Shown here one piece after another: positions 1 through 9,443 of a stretch of DNA of 64,000 bases. Position 1 is the stretch's first letter. Each line of letters begins with the position of its first letter. This DNA comes from Candidatus Altimarinota bacterium (GTDB lineage Bacteria > Patescibacteriota > Gracilibacteria > UBA4473), in NCBI GenBank assembly GCA_965231215.1, contig OZ246423.1:352001-416000 (forward strand), written 5' to 3'. The position numbers and the translations under genes were made by a program. The notes under the pieces are model-generated. The model saw only the letters and a program-made list of their open reading frames with translations, had not been told where the DNA came from and made no database searches.

Positions 1-39
1 TAAAAGTATTTTTAAGGGTATATAAAGACGTAAAATAAT

Positions 40-1788
40 ATGCACCATATAAAAATTATTGACTGTCTTGGACCATTCTTTTCTGGTAAAGAAAAAATGC
101 AAAACTGGTCAAAAATACCCTTTGCTCAATTTGAGTCTCGAACCGGTGACTTAGACACCGAATCTCTAGAGTATCAAAAAACTATCCTGGACTTTGAGCA
201 TATCATAAAGTGTGCCCATAGCTATGGTTATAACGCCATTAGCCTGGATGATGCCGTACATTTGAGCACTTTCCCAAGCTATCCAAAAGACTTCCAACAA
301 AAACTCAACCGTTATAAAGCACTCTATGAGAGGTGCTTTAGTATAGCGAAAAAATACAAATTTAAAATATTTATCAACTACGACCTCATATCCCTTCCAA
401 CGCATTTCACCCTTGATGATTCGCCCCAAATTTATGCCCAAAAAGTCATTACCGAAGGACTCAATAACCCCTCAGTAGATGGTCTTATACTCCGTTTTGG
501 AGAAAGTGATGCTAATGATGTTCAGGGCGATTTCAAAAGCCAGCCATTGATAAAAACCAGTCGAGATCTGAATCATCTTCTAGAAGCTATCGCCCCTATA
601 GCTCAAGGCCTAGAAAAGCAATGCATTCTCAGAACTTGGTCCGTAGGAGTGGGGCCTATCGGCGATCTGTCATGGAATTTCAATACGCTGAAAAATAGTA
701 TAAATACCGTGGCTCAAAACCCCTCCTTTGTGCTGAGCCTCAAACCATCAGAAACCGATTTTTATACCACCAAATATATCAATCCTATTTTCAAAGATAT
801 CGCCCAGAATTTTCCAAAACTCAAGTGCATACTAGAAACCCAAAGTGCTCCAGAAAGAGGCGGTTTTGGAGAGCTCCATCCACTCTGTATGGGATGGGAA
901 TATGCCAGCCTTTTCACTCAAGCTAAAAAACAGAACCCAAACTTTATAGGTATTATGGCTTGGGCTCAAACTGGCGGCTGGACACAAACCTACCTTCGTC
1001 CCAGAACCTTTATAGATTCTATTTCTTGGAGTGCACTCAATACCTATCTTCTCAGCAAACTCTGGGATAAAACCACGCCAAAAGATGATAAAGACCTGCA
1101 CGATACATACATTGAAAAACTCATCGGTGCCTGGCTCTCATTAGAAGCCAAAACCCATCATCTTCCTTGGGCTAAAAAAGCGGATCTAAAACTATTAAAG
1201 GAATATTTATATCGATATTATCGAATCTATATCAAAATCCTATATCCCAAGTCTTTTGTAGTGCAAAAAAAATTCTTCAGAAGATTTATGGTACCCCCAT
1301 TAATGTGGATGCACTGGGATCAGATAAAAATAAACCCCCTTGTCATCTCACTCTATCTCTACTTTGGAACCTATAGCCGGAAAGAACGGTTACTACTTCA
1401 GCAAAAAGTAGATCATGTTTGCGCTCTAGCCAAAAAACTCAACCTCCCAAATCATGAATTTCAGGAATCCTGTTTAAGGCTCTTTTTGGCTATTAGAACT
1501 GGCGTTTTAAAAGGATTTATTACCCCAAAATTGCATCTAAGAATTAAAAATTTTAATAGAAAATATCCACAGACTTACGGATTTGATATTAAAGATGATC
1601 CAGTAAACTCCCGGTTTCTGAAACTCGCCTGGAAAATACTGCTCAGAAAAAAACACCGCTATAGAACCATTGATAAGATTTTCATGCTCCCGGTTATTTC
1701 AGATCTTTTGGGCAACCTCATTATTCAACGAATTCCTCCAGAAGACAGAGACCAATGCATGGGAATCATTCATGTTCTGAAAGATTAA
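40..1788 (+). CDS. Hypothetical protein, possibly TIM-barrel/glycoside hydrolase-like
   Basis: 582-aa ORF with alternating beta/alpha pattern (GYNAISLDD, GLILRFGESD, ILRTWSVG, GIMAWAQTGGW); no family recognised with certainty. Confidence 0.55.
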   Translation: MHHIKIIDCLGPFFSGKEKMQNWSKIPFAQFESRTGDLDTESLEYQKTILDFEHIIKCAHSYGYNAISLDDAVHLSTFPSYPKDFQQKLNRYKALYERCFSIAKKYKFKIFINYDLISLPTHFTLDDSPQIYAQKVITEGLNNPSVDGLILRFGESDANDVQGDFKSQPLIKTSRDLNHLLEAIAPIAQGLEKQCILRTWSVGVGPIGDLSWNFNTLKNSINTVAQNPSFVLSLKPSETDFYTTKYINPIFKDIAQNFPKLKCILETQSAPERGGFGELHPLCMGWEYASLFTQAKKQNPNFIGIMAWAQTGGWTQTYLRPRTFIDSISWSALNTYLLSKLWDKTTPKDDKDLHDTYIEKLIGAWLSLEAKTHHLPWAKKADLKLLKEYLYRYYRIYIKILYPKSFVVQKKFFRRFMVPPLMWMHWDQIKINPLVISLYLYFGTYSRKERLLLQQKVDHVCALAKKLNLPNHEFQESCLRLFLAIRTGVLKGFITPKLHLRIKNFNRKYPQTYGFDIKDDPVNSRFLKLAWKILLRKKHRYRTIDKIFMLPVISDLLGNLIIQRIPPEDRDQCMGIIHVLKD

Positions 1789-1823
1789 GTTGCATATTAC
1801 CATTCCCCCCTCAGAATAAGGAC

Positions 1824-2330
1824 ATGATAAAAATTATAGAATCCGACACCAAAAACCTGAAATACGGCATACACAAAACTCCTTTTGGAACCTGTGCTAT
1901 AGCCATTAGCGATGAGGTTATCTGCAAGATGAGTTTTGAGACCGATGAAAATCAATTCTTGACCGAACTTCACACAGAATGGACCGAATGTAAAATTGAA
2001 GAAGACATCATTGCCACAGAAGACATGATACAAAAAATCTTCATAGAAAAGGTAACTCACTTCACCTTAGATGTAAAAGGCACAGATTTTCAACGAAAAG
2101 TCTGGCAAGAGGTCATAAAAATTGAAGAAGGCCAAACCAAAACTTACGGCGAAATTGCCAAAAACATTGAAGACCCACAGGCTGCCCGAGCTGTAGGAAC
2201 CGCTGTAGGCAAAAATCCTGTAGCCTATCTAATTCCCTGCCATCGAGTGATTCGATCTGATGGAGATCTTGGGGGATATCGATGGGGCGAAGCCCTAAAA
2301 GAAAAACTACTCGCTCACGAAACTATCTAA
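1824..2330 (+). CDS. ogt: Methylated-DNA--protein-cysteine S-methyltransferase
   Basis: GTDFQRKVW, AARAVGTAVGKNP and active-site PCHRV motifs; start moved to ATG 1824 to avoid overlapping the upstream ORF. Confidence 0.92.
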   Translation: MIKIIESDTKNLKYGIHKTPFGTCAIAISDEVICKMSFETDENQFLTELHTEWTECKIEEDIIATEDMIQKIFIEKVTHFTLDVKGTDFQRKVWQEVIKIEEGQTKTYGEIAKNIEDPQAARAVGTAVGKNPVAYLIPCHRVIRSDGDLGGYRWGEALKEKLLAHETI

Positions 2331-2983
2331 TCTGGGAGGGTTACCATCACTTCGTTTCTCCGAAGAAAAAACGGTGTCCAAGGCGGATTATAAAAAGCAA
2401 AAGTCACATCAGCCTCATGTTCTATCCCTTCTTTTTCAAGAGCGGCTAAAAGGGCCGCTTCAACCTGCTTTCTCCCCACTGTGTCATTTCCGTTCCAGAT
2501 AATAAAACGCCTTACCGCTTTTTTTTGAGCAGGCCATTCTACAATCTGTATATTCTGGTTATTGGGGATGGGTAAAGTGTCCTTGTCCCACTTTTCAGGG
2601 ATTGTAAAAGTAACTGTTCTTTTATTTTTTCCAGGAGCGTCCAAAACTGGAGTGGTCATAGCAATATTTTGACTCGGCTGATCCAATACTGGAGTAGTCA
2701 TAGCGACAGACTCTTTTGATTTATTGTCCCCAAATATAAATCCAGCTAATTGCATAAACCCCTCATTAATCCCACTTTCTCCTGCGGTGCTAACTTCAAC
2801 CTGAGCGACTAAGATAGGATCGTATTCACGAATTTCATATTCAGAATTTTTTTCCAAAACACGGTAACCAGGAGTCTCTAAAGCCGCTGCATACCACCAA
2901 ATACCAACAGCCCAAACAACAGATACTATCAACAAAACAATCAAAACCCACCCCCAAACCGGAATCATTTTTAAAGAAATCAT
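2327..2983 (-). CDS. SOUL heme-binding family protein
   Basis: ETPGYRVL, YEIREY, GFMQLAGFIFG, IAMTTPV and YNPPWTP..RRNEV motifs; N-terminal TM helix. Confidence 0.88.
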   Translation of the reverse strand: MISLKMIPVWGWVLIVLLIVSVVWAVGIWWYAAALETPGYRVLEKNSEYEIREYDPILVAQVEVSTAGESGINEGFMQLAGFIFGDNKSKESVAMTTPVLDQPSQNIAMTTPVLDAPGKNKRTVTFTIPEKWDKDTLPIPNNQNIQIVEWPAQKKAVRRFIIWNGNDTVGRKQVEAALLAALEKEGIEHEADVTFAFYNPPWTPFFLRRNEVMVTLPD

Positions 2984-3166
2984 TACATCTTCAATTTTAT
3001 ACTAATATAGGTTTCAATGTAATATAAAGCTAAAGGATTATTACCCCCCTCTTGTTTATCATCTGTATTATTTTTTTTGTTTCCCTCACTTTACTAATAC
3101 CAGATTGGTCTAGTCCCAACACTTAATCTCTATGACAAATCTTTGCTCCTGTGTTATAATTGTAAA

Positions 3167-4180
3167 ATGGAATTTTATATTTGGCTCGGAATTGTATTCT
3201 GTGCGCTTAAAGCGGCTACTTTTTCGGGACTCAATTTGGCTATTTTTCGGATTCCTTATCTTCGGCTCAAAGTACTAGCCCAAAAGAAAAATCCAGACGC
3301 TCTAAAAATTCTTAATCTACGGTCACAACCAAACTTTCTTTTAGCCACAATCCTGTGGGCTAACGTGGCCTACAATGTACTCTTAACACTGCTTACAAAT
3401 TCAGTTATGGCTGGCGTGGCCAGTTTCTTTTTTAGTACTATTGTCCTCACGATGGTAGGTGAAATTTTACCCCAATCATTTTTCTCAAGACACGCGTTAA
3501 AGATCGGCGGATTTTTTGTCCCTATGCTCAAGTTTTATCAATTTTTACTCTTCCCTATCGCCAAACCCACGGCCTGGATGATTAATAAACTAGTGGGAAA
3601 AGAACCCCCTCAATACTACAGTGAAGGAGATCTTATTGAATTGATTAAAGAACATATGAAATCTGCCCGAGCTGAGGATATTTCAGCTGCAGAAGCTTTG
3701 GGAGCTATTCATTTTTTAGAGTTGGATGACCGAAAAATTAAGCATGTAGGTAGTAAAGTTTCCCCCTCCTGTTTGGTGGAGATGAGTTTCAAGGGAAACA
3801 AAATCCCAAAGGTGGATTTTTCTATATCGCCAGAAGATCAATTTCTCAAAAAACTTAACAAAACCAAAATGGAACGCTCCGTTTTGGTAGACCCCAAAGG
3901 AAACCCCAAATATGTGTTTGATACCGATGGTTTCTTCCGAGATTTATTTATGAAAAAGCACAAAACCAAATTTGAAAATTTTTGCCACAAGCCGGTAATC
4001 ATCAAAAAAAACGAAGCCTTTGTCGGAGATGTGCTACATGCCTTCACCTTTGAAAAACATAAAACCTCAGAACTATTAGAACATCAAGTAGTACTTCTGT
4101 GGACAGCCAAACACAAAAAAATCCTTACCAGTGATGATTTAGTACATCTACTGATGCAAGAAATTGGCCCCAATTCTTAG
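3167..4180 (+). CDS. CNNM/DUF21 domain membrane protein
   Basis: FSGLNLA, LLATILWANV and GEILPQ motifs; probable start ATG 3167; TATAAT at 3155-3160. Confidence 0.82.
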   Translation: MEFYIWLGIVFCALKAATFSGLNLAIFRIPYLRLKVLAQKKNPDALKILNLRSQPNFLLATILWANVAYNVLLTLLTNSVMAGVASFFFSTIVLTMVGEILPQSFFSRHALKIGGFFVPMLKFYQFLLFPIAKPTAWMINKLVGKEPPQYYSEGDLIELIKEHMKSARAEDISAAEALGAIHFLELDDRKIKHVGSKVSPSCLVEMSFKGNKIPKVDFSISPEDQFLKKLNKTKMERSVLVDPKGNPKYVFDTDGFFRDLFMKKHKTKFENFCHKPVIIKKNEAFVGDVLHAFTFEKHKTSELLEHQVVLLWTAKHKKILTSDDLVHLLMQEIGPNS

Positions 4181-4203
4181 TGTATATTTTCGTGTAAATC
4201 AAT

Positions 4204-4293
4204 TTAAGAAGGACCGTGAAAAATAGGGGCCACATGACATCCAGCTAAAACCAAACACAGAGTCGAAAGCACTATAAGGGGAACAGATTTCAT
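4204..4293 (-). CDS. Putative 29-aa lipopeptide (MKSVPLIVLSTLCLVLAGC-HVAPIFHGPS)
   Basis: Translated by hand, below the ORF-track cutoff; basic N-terminus, hydrophobic core and LAGC lipobox. Confidence 0.5.
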   Translation of the reverse strand: MKSVPLIVLSTLCLVLAGCHVAPIFHGPS

Positions 4294-4315
4294 AAAAATT
4301 TTTAAATATATACTG

Positions 4316-4348
4316 GAGATGGGGCGCAAACACAAAGGCCCCACCTCA
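4316..4348. terminator. GC-rich hairpin between two small ORFs
   Basis: GAGATGGGGC...GCCCCACCTC inverted repeat immediately after the stop of the 38-aa ORF. Confidence 0.4.
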
Positions 4349-4359
4349 TAAATCTTTGG

Positions 4360-4476
4360 CTAAGCAATAACTTTAGCATCAAAGTTCCGAGTTAAATACA
4401 GATAGTCTGTGCGTTCATCTCGGCTCATTTCTTCCCAGTAAGCAGGAAGACCAAAATTGATATTTGAAGCATTCAT
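4360..4476 (-). CDS. Putative 38-aa protein (MNASNINFGLPAYWEEMSRDERTDYLYLTRNFDAKVIA)
   Basis: Hand-translated ATG..TAG ORF preceded by an ECF-like promoter motif and followed by a hairpin. Confidence 0.5.
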   Translation of the reverse strand: MNASNINFGLPAYWEEMSRDERTDYLYLTRNFDAKVIA

Positions 4477-4510
4477 GATTTCAATGATTAAGAAACTAGG
4501 TTCAACTCTA

Positions 4511-4539
4511 TATACGTTTGAGTTTTTTGAAGTGCGACA
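4511..4539 (-). promoter_or_regulatory. Candidate ECF-sigma promoter TGTCGCA-N16-CGTATA
   Basis: Same motif and spacing as TGTCACA-N16-CGTATT at 43112-43140; ~35 bp upstream of the 38-aa ORF. Confidence 0.45.
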
Positions 4540-4611
4540 ACTTTTTTAAAAAATTATTTTTTGCCGCCTTCACACCGTCATACGCAGATAGATTTTTTTT
4601 CTTTCACCAAA

Positions 4612-5199
4612 TCATCGCTCTGTCTGAGTTTTGATAATTTCTAAAGCCTGCATAAACCCCCCTCCAGTAAGCGAAGATCCATTAATAGACCCCTGCAAAT
4701 CCAGATCATCTATGTGCACCCCTTCAATAAGCTTTTTAGCGCCAGTTTCATATCTATCAATATAATACAGGCTAGTGCTGTCAGCTTTAATAGGCCGAAT
4801 AAGTAACGACGACACTTCGTCTTTTTCAAAAACCACAGTGACCTCTATTTCAACTTTACCTCCAGGGCTTAAATAAGCCGTTTTGGCACTAAAATTACCG
4901 TGCTTGTATTTATCTTGTTTATAACTTTTAGTAGGAATGCCTTCAGCCTCGCTCAGATCTAACACATAAGGACTACAGTCTAAAGAAAGTATGGCAGAAA
5001 GTGGAAAGTATCGACTTGCTTTATTACACAAAAGCTGAGTCATAATGAAATCATATCTTTCTGGAGCCGTAGACTTGATAGCTAAAATCTTATGACGTAC
5101 TCGTTCAATCTTTTGTTCTCTAGTTTCAGCAGCGGCATGCACTACTCCAAAAAGGGCAAAAGAAGTAACAAAAAGTCCAAAAAGTTTATGCTTAACCAT
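4612..5199 (-). CDS. Secreted protein with C-terminal FMN-bind-like domain
   Basis: Signal peptide; Y..G.F....Y.SPGG...V and INGSSLTGGGF..AL, paralogous to the C-terminus of the neighbouring gene. Confidence 0.6.
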   Translation of the reverse strand: MVKHKLFGLFVTSFALFGVVHAAAETREQKIERVRHKILAIKSTAPERYDFIMTQLLCNKASRYFPLSAILSLDCSPYVLDLSEAEGIPTKSYKQDKYKHGNFSAKTAYLSPGGKVEIEVTVVFEKDEVSSLLIRPIKADSTSLYYIDRYETGAKKLIEGVHIDDLDLQGSINGSSLTGGGFMQALEIIKTQTER

Positions 5200-6193
5200 T
5201 ATTTTTAGCTTGATCTTTAATGGCTTCTAACGCTCTGGCAAAACCAATCCCAGTCAAAGAAGAACCATTAACTCTGGTTGGCAAATCTATTTCATCTAGA
5301 TCCAGCCCAACAATATCATTCTCCGCTCCGGTTTTGAATAATCGGATATAATTTCTACTCGTATTATCAGCCTGAATAGCACTAATGCTCATAGATTGGA
5401 CATTATCTCCAGCCAGCACTAATGTAACCGCCATTTTGTTTTTCCCCCCTGGACTCATATACTCACTCTCAACCGTAAAAGAACCATCACTGTAGGTTCT
5501 TCGCAGTGCTTCGGGCACCTCTTCTTTCACCTCTGGAAGTTCATTGGGCATATGTCCAGTGAGCGTAAAGAAAGCCGTTGAAGCTCTATCACGGACGCCT
5601 TTATTGAGACGATAAATAAATTCTGCCATTTCACCACGCGTCACATTGTGATCTAATCTTTCAATAGTAGCGGGGATGGCACTTCTCTGAGACAAAGCCA
5701 AAAGAAAAGGTTCATACCAAATATCACTGGTATTGTTTGTAGGTAATTGAAACGATTTCACAATCACTTTAGCCGCTTCAGTGATACGAATATTCCAGGT
5801 TGGTTGGAACGTTCCATCTTCATAGCCTTTTACAATACCTGCCTTTTGAGCCATACAAACATAAGGCGCATACCAAGCACTTTTAGCTACATCTGAAAAA
5901 TTCATTTGTGATTTCTCACACCCTTGAATATCGGCATCTCCAAAATGAGATTCCACTAAAATTTTAGTAAATTCGGCTCTATTTATAGGCCATTGTGGTT
6001 GGAAATTCCCATCTGGATACCCTTTCACAATGCCTTCATTTTTTACATATTCAATGGCCATTTTATAGACATGGTTTTCTGGCACATCTTTAAAAGCCAT
6101 ATCAGGCGTTTGAGCCGTCGGCTCCATTCCCTGAGCTACAGAACCAAGGAAAAATACCGGAAGAAAAAGTAAGCGAAGGACTTTAAGCATCAA
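5192..6193 (-). CDS. S-layer homology (SLH) protein with C-terminal FMN-bind-like domain
   Basis: FKDVP, GIVKGYPDGNFQP..INRAEF and GYEDGTFQP SLH repeats; C-terminal VNGSSLTGIGFARAL. Confidence 0.82.
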   Translation of the reverse strand: MMLKVLRLLFLPVFFLGSVAQGMEPTAQTPDMAFKDVPENHVYKMAIEYVKNEGIVKGYPDGNFQPQWPINRAEFTKILVESHFGDADIQGCEKSQMNFSDVAKSAWYAPYVCMAQKAGIVKGYEDGTFQPTWNIRITEAAKVIVKSFQLPTNNTSDIWYEPFLLALSQRSAIPATIERLDHNVTRGEMAEFIYRLNKGVRDRASTAFFTLTGHMPNELPEVKEEVPEALRRTYSDGSFTVESEYMSPGGKNKMAVTLVLAGDNVQSMSISAIQADNTSRNYIRLFKTGAENDIVGLDLDEIDLPTRVNGSSLTGIGFARALEAIKDQAKNNG

Positions 6194-6313
6194 AAAAAGA
6201 TTAAAAATGTTGAATTTTGGAGCATAAAATGAGTTTTTTCATAAGACACAGTTTTTCTATACGCCCTCGAAAGGTTTTATTTGGGGACGACAAAACGTTC
6301 ATCTTTAGATTTT

Positions 6314-7096
6314 TTAGTGGGTAAGCATTACCTCTGCTGCAAATAGTAACACCTGCAACAGAATCAGGATAATTAAAAGTATAGACAAAAATCGGAACCA
6401 GAAAATCCAACGGTTTTGAAGGAGCCCAAAGATAAATTCCGTATCTTGATTAAGGAATCCAATTTTTTTGACCAGCGCTTCATAACGAGTCTCCAGTTCA
6501 TATTCTTCAATCATATCATTGTAAAAAGCAGTGGAAGTTTTATCTAAGCCTTCAATCTTAGAGGCTTGCAACATTCTTACTTGATGAAGGGCTTGGTGTC
6601 GTACTTCCATAGCTATAGCCGCATCTTTAAGGAGTTTTCTATGCCCATTTCCATAATCACCATGCTTTCGAAGTTTCGAGATAACACTCCCTAAATGCGT
6701 GGTAAATACTTCCAGCATTTCCTCAAAATGACTTAAAGCCGCAGAACATCCAAGCACAACAGACACTAAAGCAATTTTTTTGGGATCTGCATCTTTGAGC
6801 ACAATCCCATCAGTAGCCACAGCATTTACTTTAGCTCCAACACCAACCGCTGTTATTTCCTGATAAGGTTCATCAAAAATGCCTTCAAAATAATTAGCAA
6901 CTTCACCCATCAGCACTTGTTCTTGAGCCGATTCTAAATCCCAAAGCACCAGAACTCCAAAACTCAAAAAGACCAAAAATTTTGTCTCAGAAAGCCGAAT
7001 CACTAACGGTGACTCCAGAACCACCTTTCCTTCAAAGGCTTCTGCAATATTTTTTTGTTTTAATTTTTGCGCAACGACTTTGGCCTTCACCTGCAT
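6314..7096 (-). CDS. RMD1/YagE (DUF155) family protein
   Basis: FLSFGVLVLW, CSAALSHFE, EYELETRY..L..K and C-terminal TM; start probably ATG 7096. Confidence 0.7.
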   Translation of the reverse strand: MQVKAKVVAQKLKQKNIAEAFEGKVVLESPLVIRLSETKFLVFLSFGVLVLWDLESAQEQVLMGEVANYFEGIFDEPYQEITAVGVGAKVNAVATDGIVLKDADPKKIALVSVVLGCSAALSHFEEMLEVFTTHLGSVISKLRKHGDYGNGHRKLLKDAAIAMEVRHQALHQVRMLQASKIEGLDKTSTAFYNDMIEEYELETRYEALVKKIGFLNQDTEFIFGLLQNRWIFWFRFLSILLIILILLQVLLFAAEVMLTH

Positions 7097-7342
7097 CACA
7101 CCAAATTTTAACAGACTCGCCCTAAGACTCAAACCAAATCGGTACTTCTATAAAACCTGGGATTGGTTCTTTTGCTTCAGACACACTCCCTAAGCAAGGC
7201 ATAGGCAAAAATTTTAACGAAGCGTAGGCGTCCCTATCATGAGTGAATTTTTATACCATTAGCAAAGTTTAGATTCATTTTATAAAATCTACACCCCCTT
7301 GTGCGAGGTGATAAAAATTGTGCGACAACCTTTGTTTATTTT

Positions 7343-7768
7343 TTAGGGAAGCCGATTGAACGCGCCTTCCATTTTAGCAAGCAACACGGCTAAAGCTGAA
7401 GCGTCTTTATCCGCTTTTTTATAAGTCTCAATAAGATTTTTAAGACTATCAATTTTGGCTTTAAGGGTAGCTTTTTTACTCGCCAAAATTTCATCTGCCA
7501 CCGTTTTATTTACCTGGTTCACTTTTTGTTCTACTCCTTTGAGTTTTTCTATATCACTCTCGGTTTTGTGTTGCATCAAGTAATCTTGGTTCTTGGCCAG
7601 AGCTTCCATAGCCCATTTCTTTTTTTCTGGATCAATATCAGCAATCTCAATTCGAGCTGAGAATGTTTGCAGTCTCTCAAATTTATTAGTGACCAAATCC
7701 TCATGCTGAGCATGAGCGATACTCATACTTCCGAATCCCAAAACCAAAGCCAATACTAATTTTTTCAT
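7343..7768 (-). CDS. Secreted helical hypothetical protein
   Basis: MKK signal peptide with AHA cleavage site; ATGA overlap with upstream gene. Confidence 0.75.
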   Translation of the reverse strand: MKKLVLALVLGFGSMSIAHAQHEDLVTNKFERLQTFSARIEIADIDPEKKKWAMEALAKNQDYLMQHKTESDIEKLKGVEQKVNQVNKTVADEILASKKATLKAKIDSLKNLIETYKKADKDASALAVLLAKMEGAFNRLP

Positions 7769-8886
7769 GATTGAGCGTATACATTAGGAAATCCCATTCC
7801 CAGTAAACCTTTTTTTAATCGTTTAAACAAAGCTCCCGCTTCTTCAAGCCCAAAAAGTGTTTCTTGGTAAAACGGAATGAAGTCTTGTTGGAGTTCATAA
7901 AACTCAGCCATCTCAGCTTCAAAATCTGTATCAAGTTGCTGAGCCAAGATATTTGGATCGGCTAAATCCTGCACCGGATCATTCACCAATTCATCAACCG
8001 AAGTCACTCTTTTACGAGCTATAAAAGAAGTATCAGCCGCTCCTTCATCCAAAGCCGGAATAACTCGCTGAATTTCTCCGTCTGAAGCGGGAAGGGTTTC
8101 CTCAAGTGCAGGAATAACTCTTTCATCTGCCACTATAGCTTCAGGCGGTGCAATAGATTGAACTGGGAGTTCAGCAAAAGTTGCCGTCGGATCAGCATCA
8201 GAAATTTCCTCTACAGGGACATCTCCTAGATTCGCTCCCACATTTTCAATTTCGGGAAAATTAGCGGCAAATTCAGCCTCGAGTGCGGCTACCTCATCCA
8301 GAGTTTCTGGAACATCAAACACTTCAACTCCTGTGGCACTATCCTCAGAACCGTCAGCTTTTACTTCACTCAATTCAACTAACTCTATAACATCTGGTTC
8401 CAATGACGCCTCTAAAACTTCAACCGCTTGATCTAGTGAGTCCTCTTCAATAGCCAATAAAGGGGAAGTCTCTTCCACTCTTTGTTGCTCTAATTCAGAA
8501 CGGCCACTAACGGCCTGCTTCACATCAGAAATGAGTACTTTTTGCGAATCATTCCAAAAATTAATACCTACTACCGCCACTAAACATAAAGAAAGCGTAG
8601 CCGGAGCCCAGAGTTTCCAGCCGGTAAACCACGTCCCCCATCCTCCAGCAGGGGGTTCATCAACCGTCGTTTGAGTCCCTCCTATAGTCGCCCCATCTAG
8701 GGCCGCTTTAAGTCCGGCTGGATGGGGAGTAACTACCAAGCTTTGCGCTTGCATAAAGGCGTACGTATCGGCCATAGCCATTACTTCCTCGGCCAACTCT
8801 GGATTCTCAGCCGCTAAACTTTCAGCTGAAACTCCAGCTTCTAGCTGGTCAATGATATACTGAACTTGTTCGTCGTTTAAAGTCAT
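7765..8886 (-). CDS. Putative anti-sigma factor (single TM, very acidic extracellular tail)
   Basis: Translationally coupled to the ECF sigma gene; N-terminal helical domain, one TM helix, long D/E-rich region. Confidence 0.6.
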   Translation of the reverse strand: MTLNDEQVQYIIDQLEAGVSAESLAAENPELAEEVMAMADTYAFMQAQSLVVTPHPAGLKAALDGATIGGTQTTVDEPPAGGWGTWFTGWKLWAPATLSLCLVAVVGINFWNDSQKVLISDVKQAVSGRSELEQQRVEETSPLLAIEEDSLDQAVEVLEASLEPDVIELVELSEVKADGSEDSATGVEVFDVPETLDEVAALEAEFAANFPEIENVGANLGDVPVEEISDADPTATFAELPVQSIAPPEAIVADERVIPALEETLPASDGEIQRVIPALDEGAADTSFIARKRVTSVDELVNDPVQDLADPNILAQQLDTDFEAEMAEFYELQQDFIPFYQETLFGLEEAGALFKRLKKGLLGMGFPNVYAQS

Positions 8887-9443
8887 GTGAGGATAAATTC
8901 TCTTACTTTACGAAGGGCCCGTACTTGGATTTGTCTGATATTAGCTTCAGTCTTGCCGGTACGGTCGGCAATTTCTTTATTAGAAAGTTCGTGGAAAAAT
9001 TTTAATTCAAGAATTTCTTGGTATTCGGGCTTGAGTTGACCGATGACTTCTTTGAGTTGCGCTGTTTTTTGCTTCGCCTCCACTTGCTGATCTGGCGTCA
9101 GCTCCTCGCTCGGTTGAGCCTCAAAAAAATCTTGATTATCATCCGAATCTGAAACAATATTTACTTCTTTAGGTTTTCGGTAGTGGTCTGTGAGAAGATT
9201 TCTCGCAATGGTAAAAAAGTAGGCCAGAGGGGCACGAGTATCATCCGAAAAATTTTTACTAGCAGCAAAAGCTTTCATAAACACCGTTTGGGTTAGATCT
9301 TCAGCCAATTGTCTATCTGAAACCTTAGCATAAACAAACCGAAAGATAGGCGTATAAAAATTTTCGTATAAAAGAGCAAAAGCTTCCTTCTCTCCGGCTT
9401 TTGCACGTTGCATTAAATCAATCGCTGCTTCGGTTGTGAGCAT
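8883..9443 (-). CDS. ECF-type RNA polymerase sigma-70 factor
   Basis: AFALLY, AEDLTQTVFMKA, YFFTIARN (region 2); LSNKEIA...NIRQIQVRAL (region 4). Confidence 0.93.
   Translation of the reverse strand: MLTTEAAIDLMQRAKAGEKEAFALLYENFYTPIFRFVYAKVSDRQLAEDLTQTVFMKAFAASKNFSDDTRAPLAYFFTIARNLLTDHYRKPKEVNIVSDSDDNQDFFEAQPSEELTPDQQVEAKQKTAQLKEVIGQLKPEYQEILELKFFHELSNKEIADRTGKTEANIRQIQVRALRKVREFILT

Noticed and set aside
2638-2705. Tandem repeat AMTTPVLD in the SOUL gene
   Set aside because: Duplication of this motif is a common feature of bacterial SOUL proteins
7121-7203. 26-aa ORF (MPCLGSV...) upstream of the RMD1-like gene
   Set aside because: No recognisable features or supporting signals; likely chance
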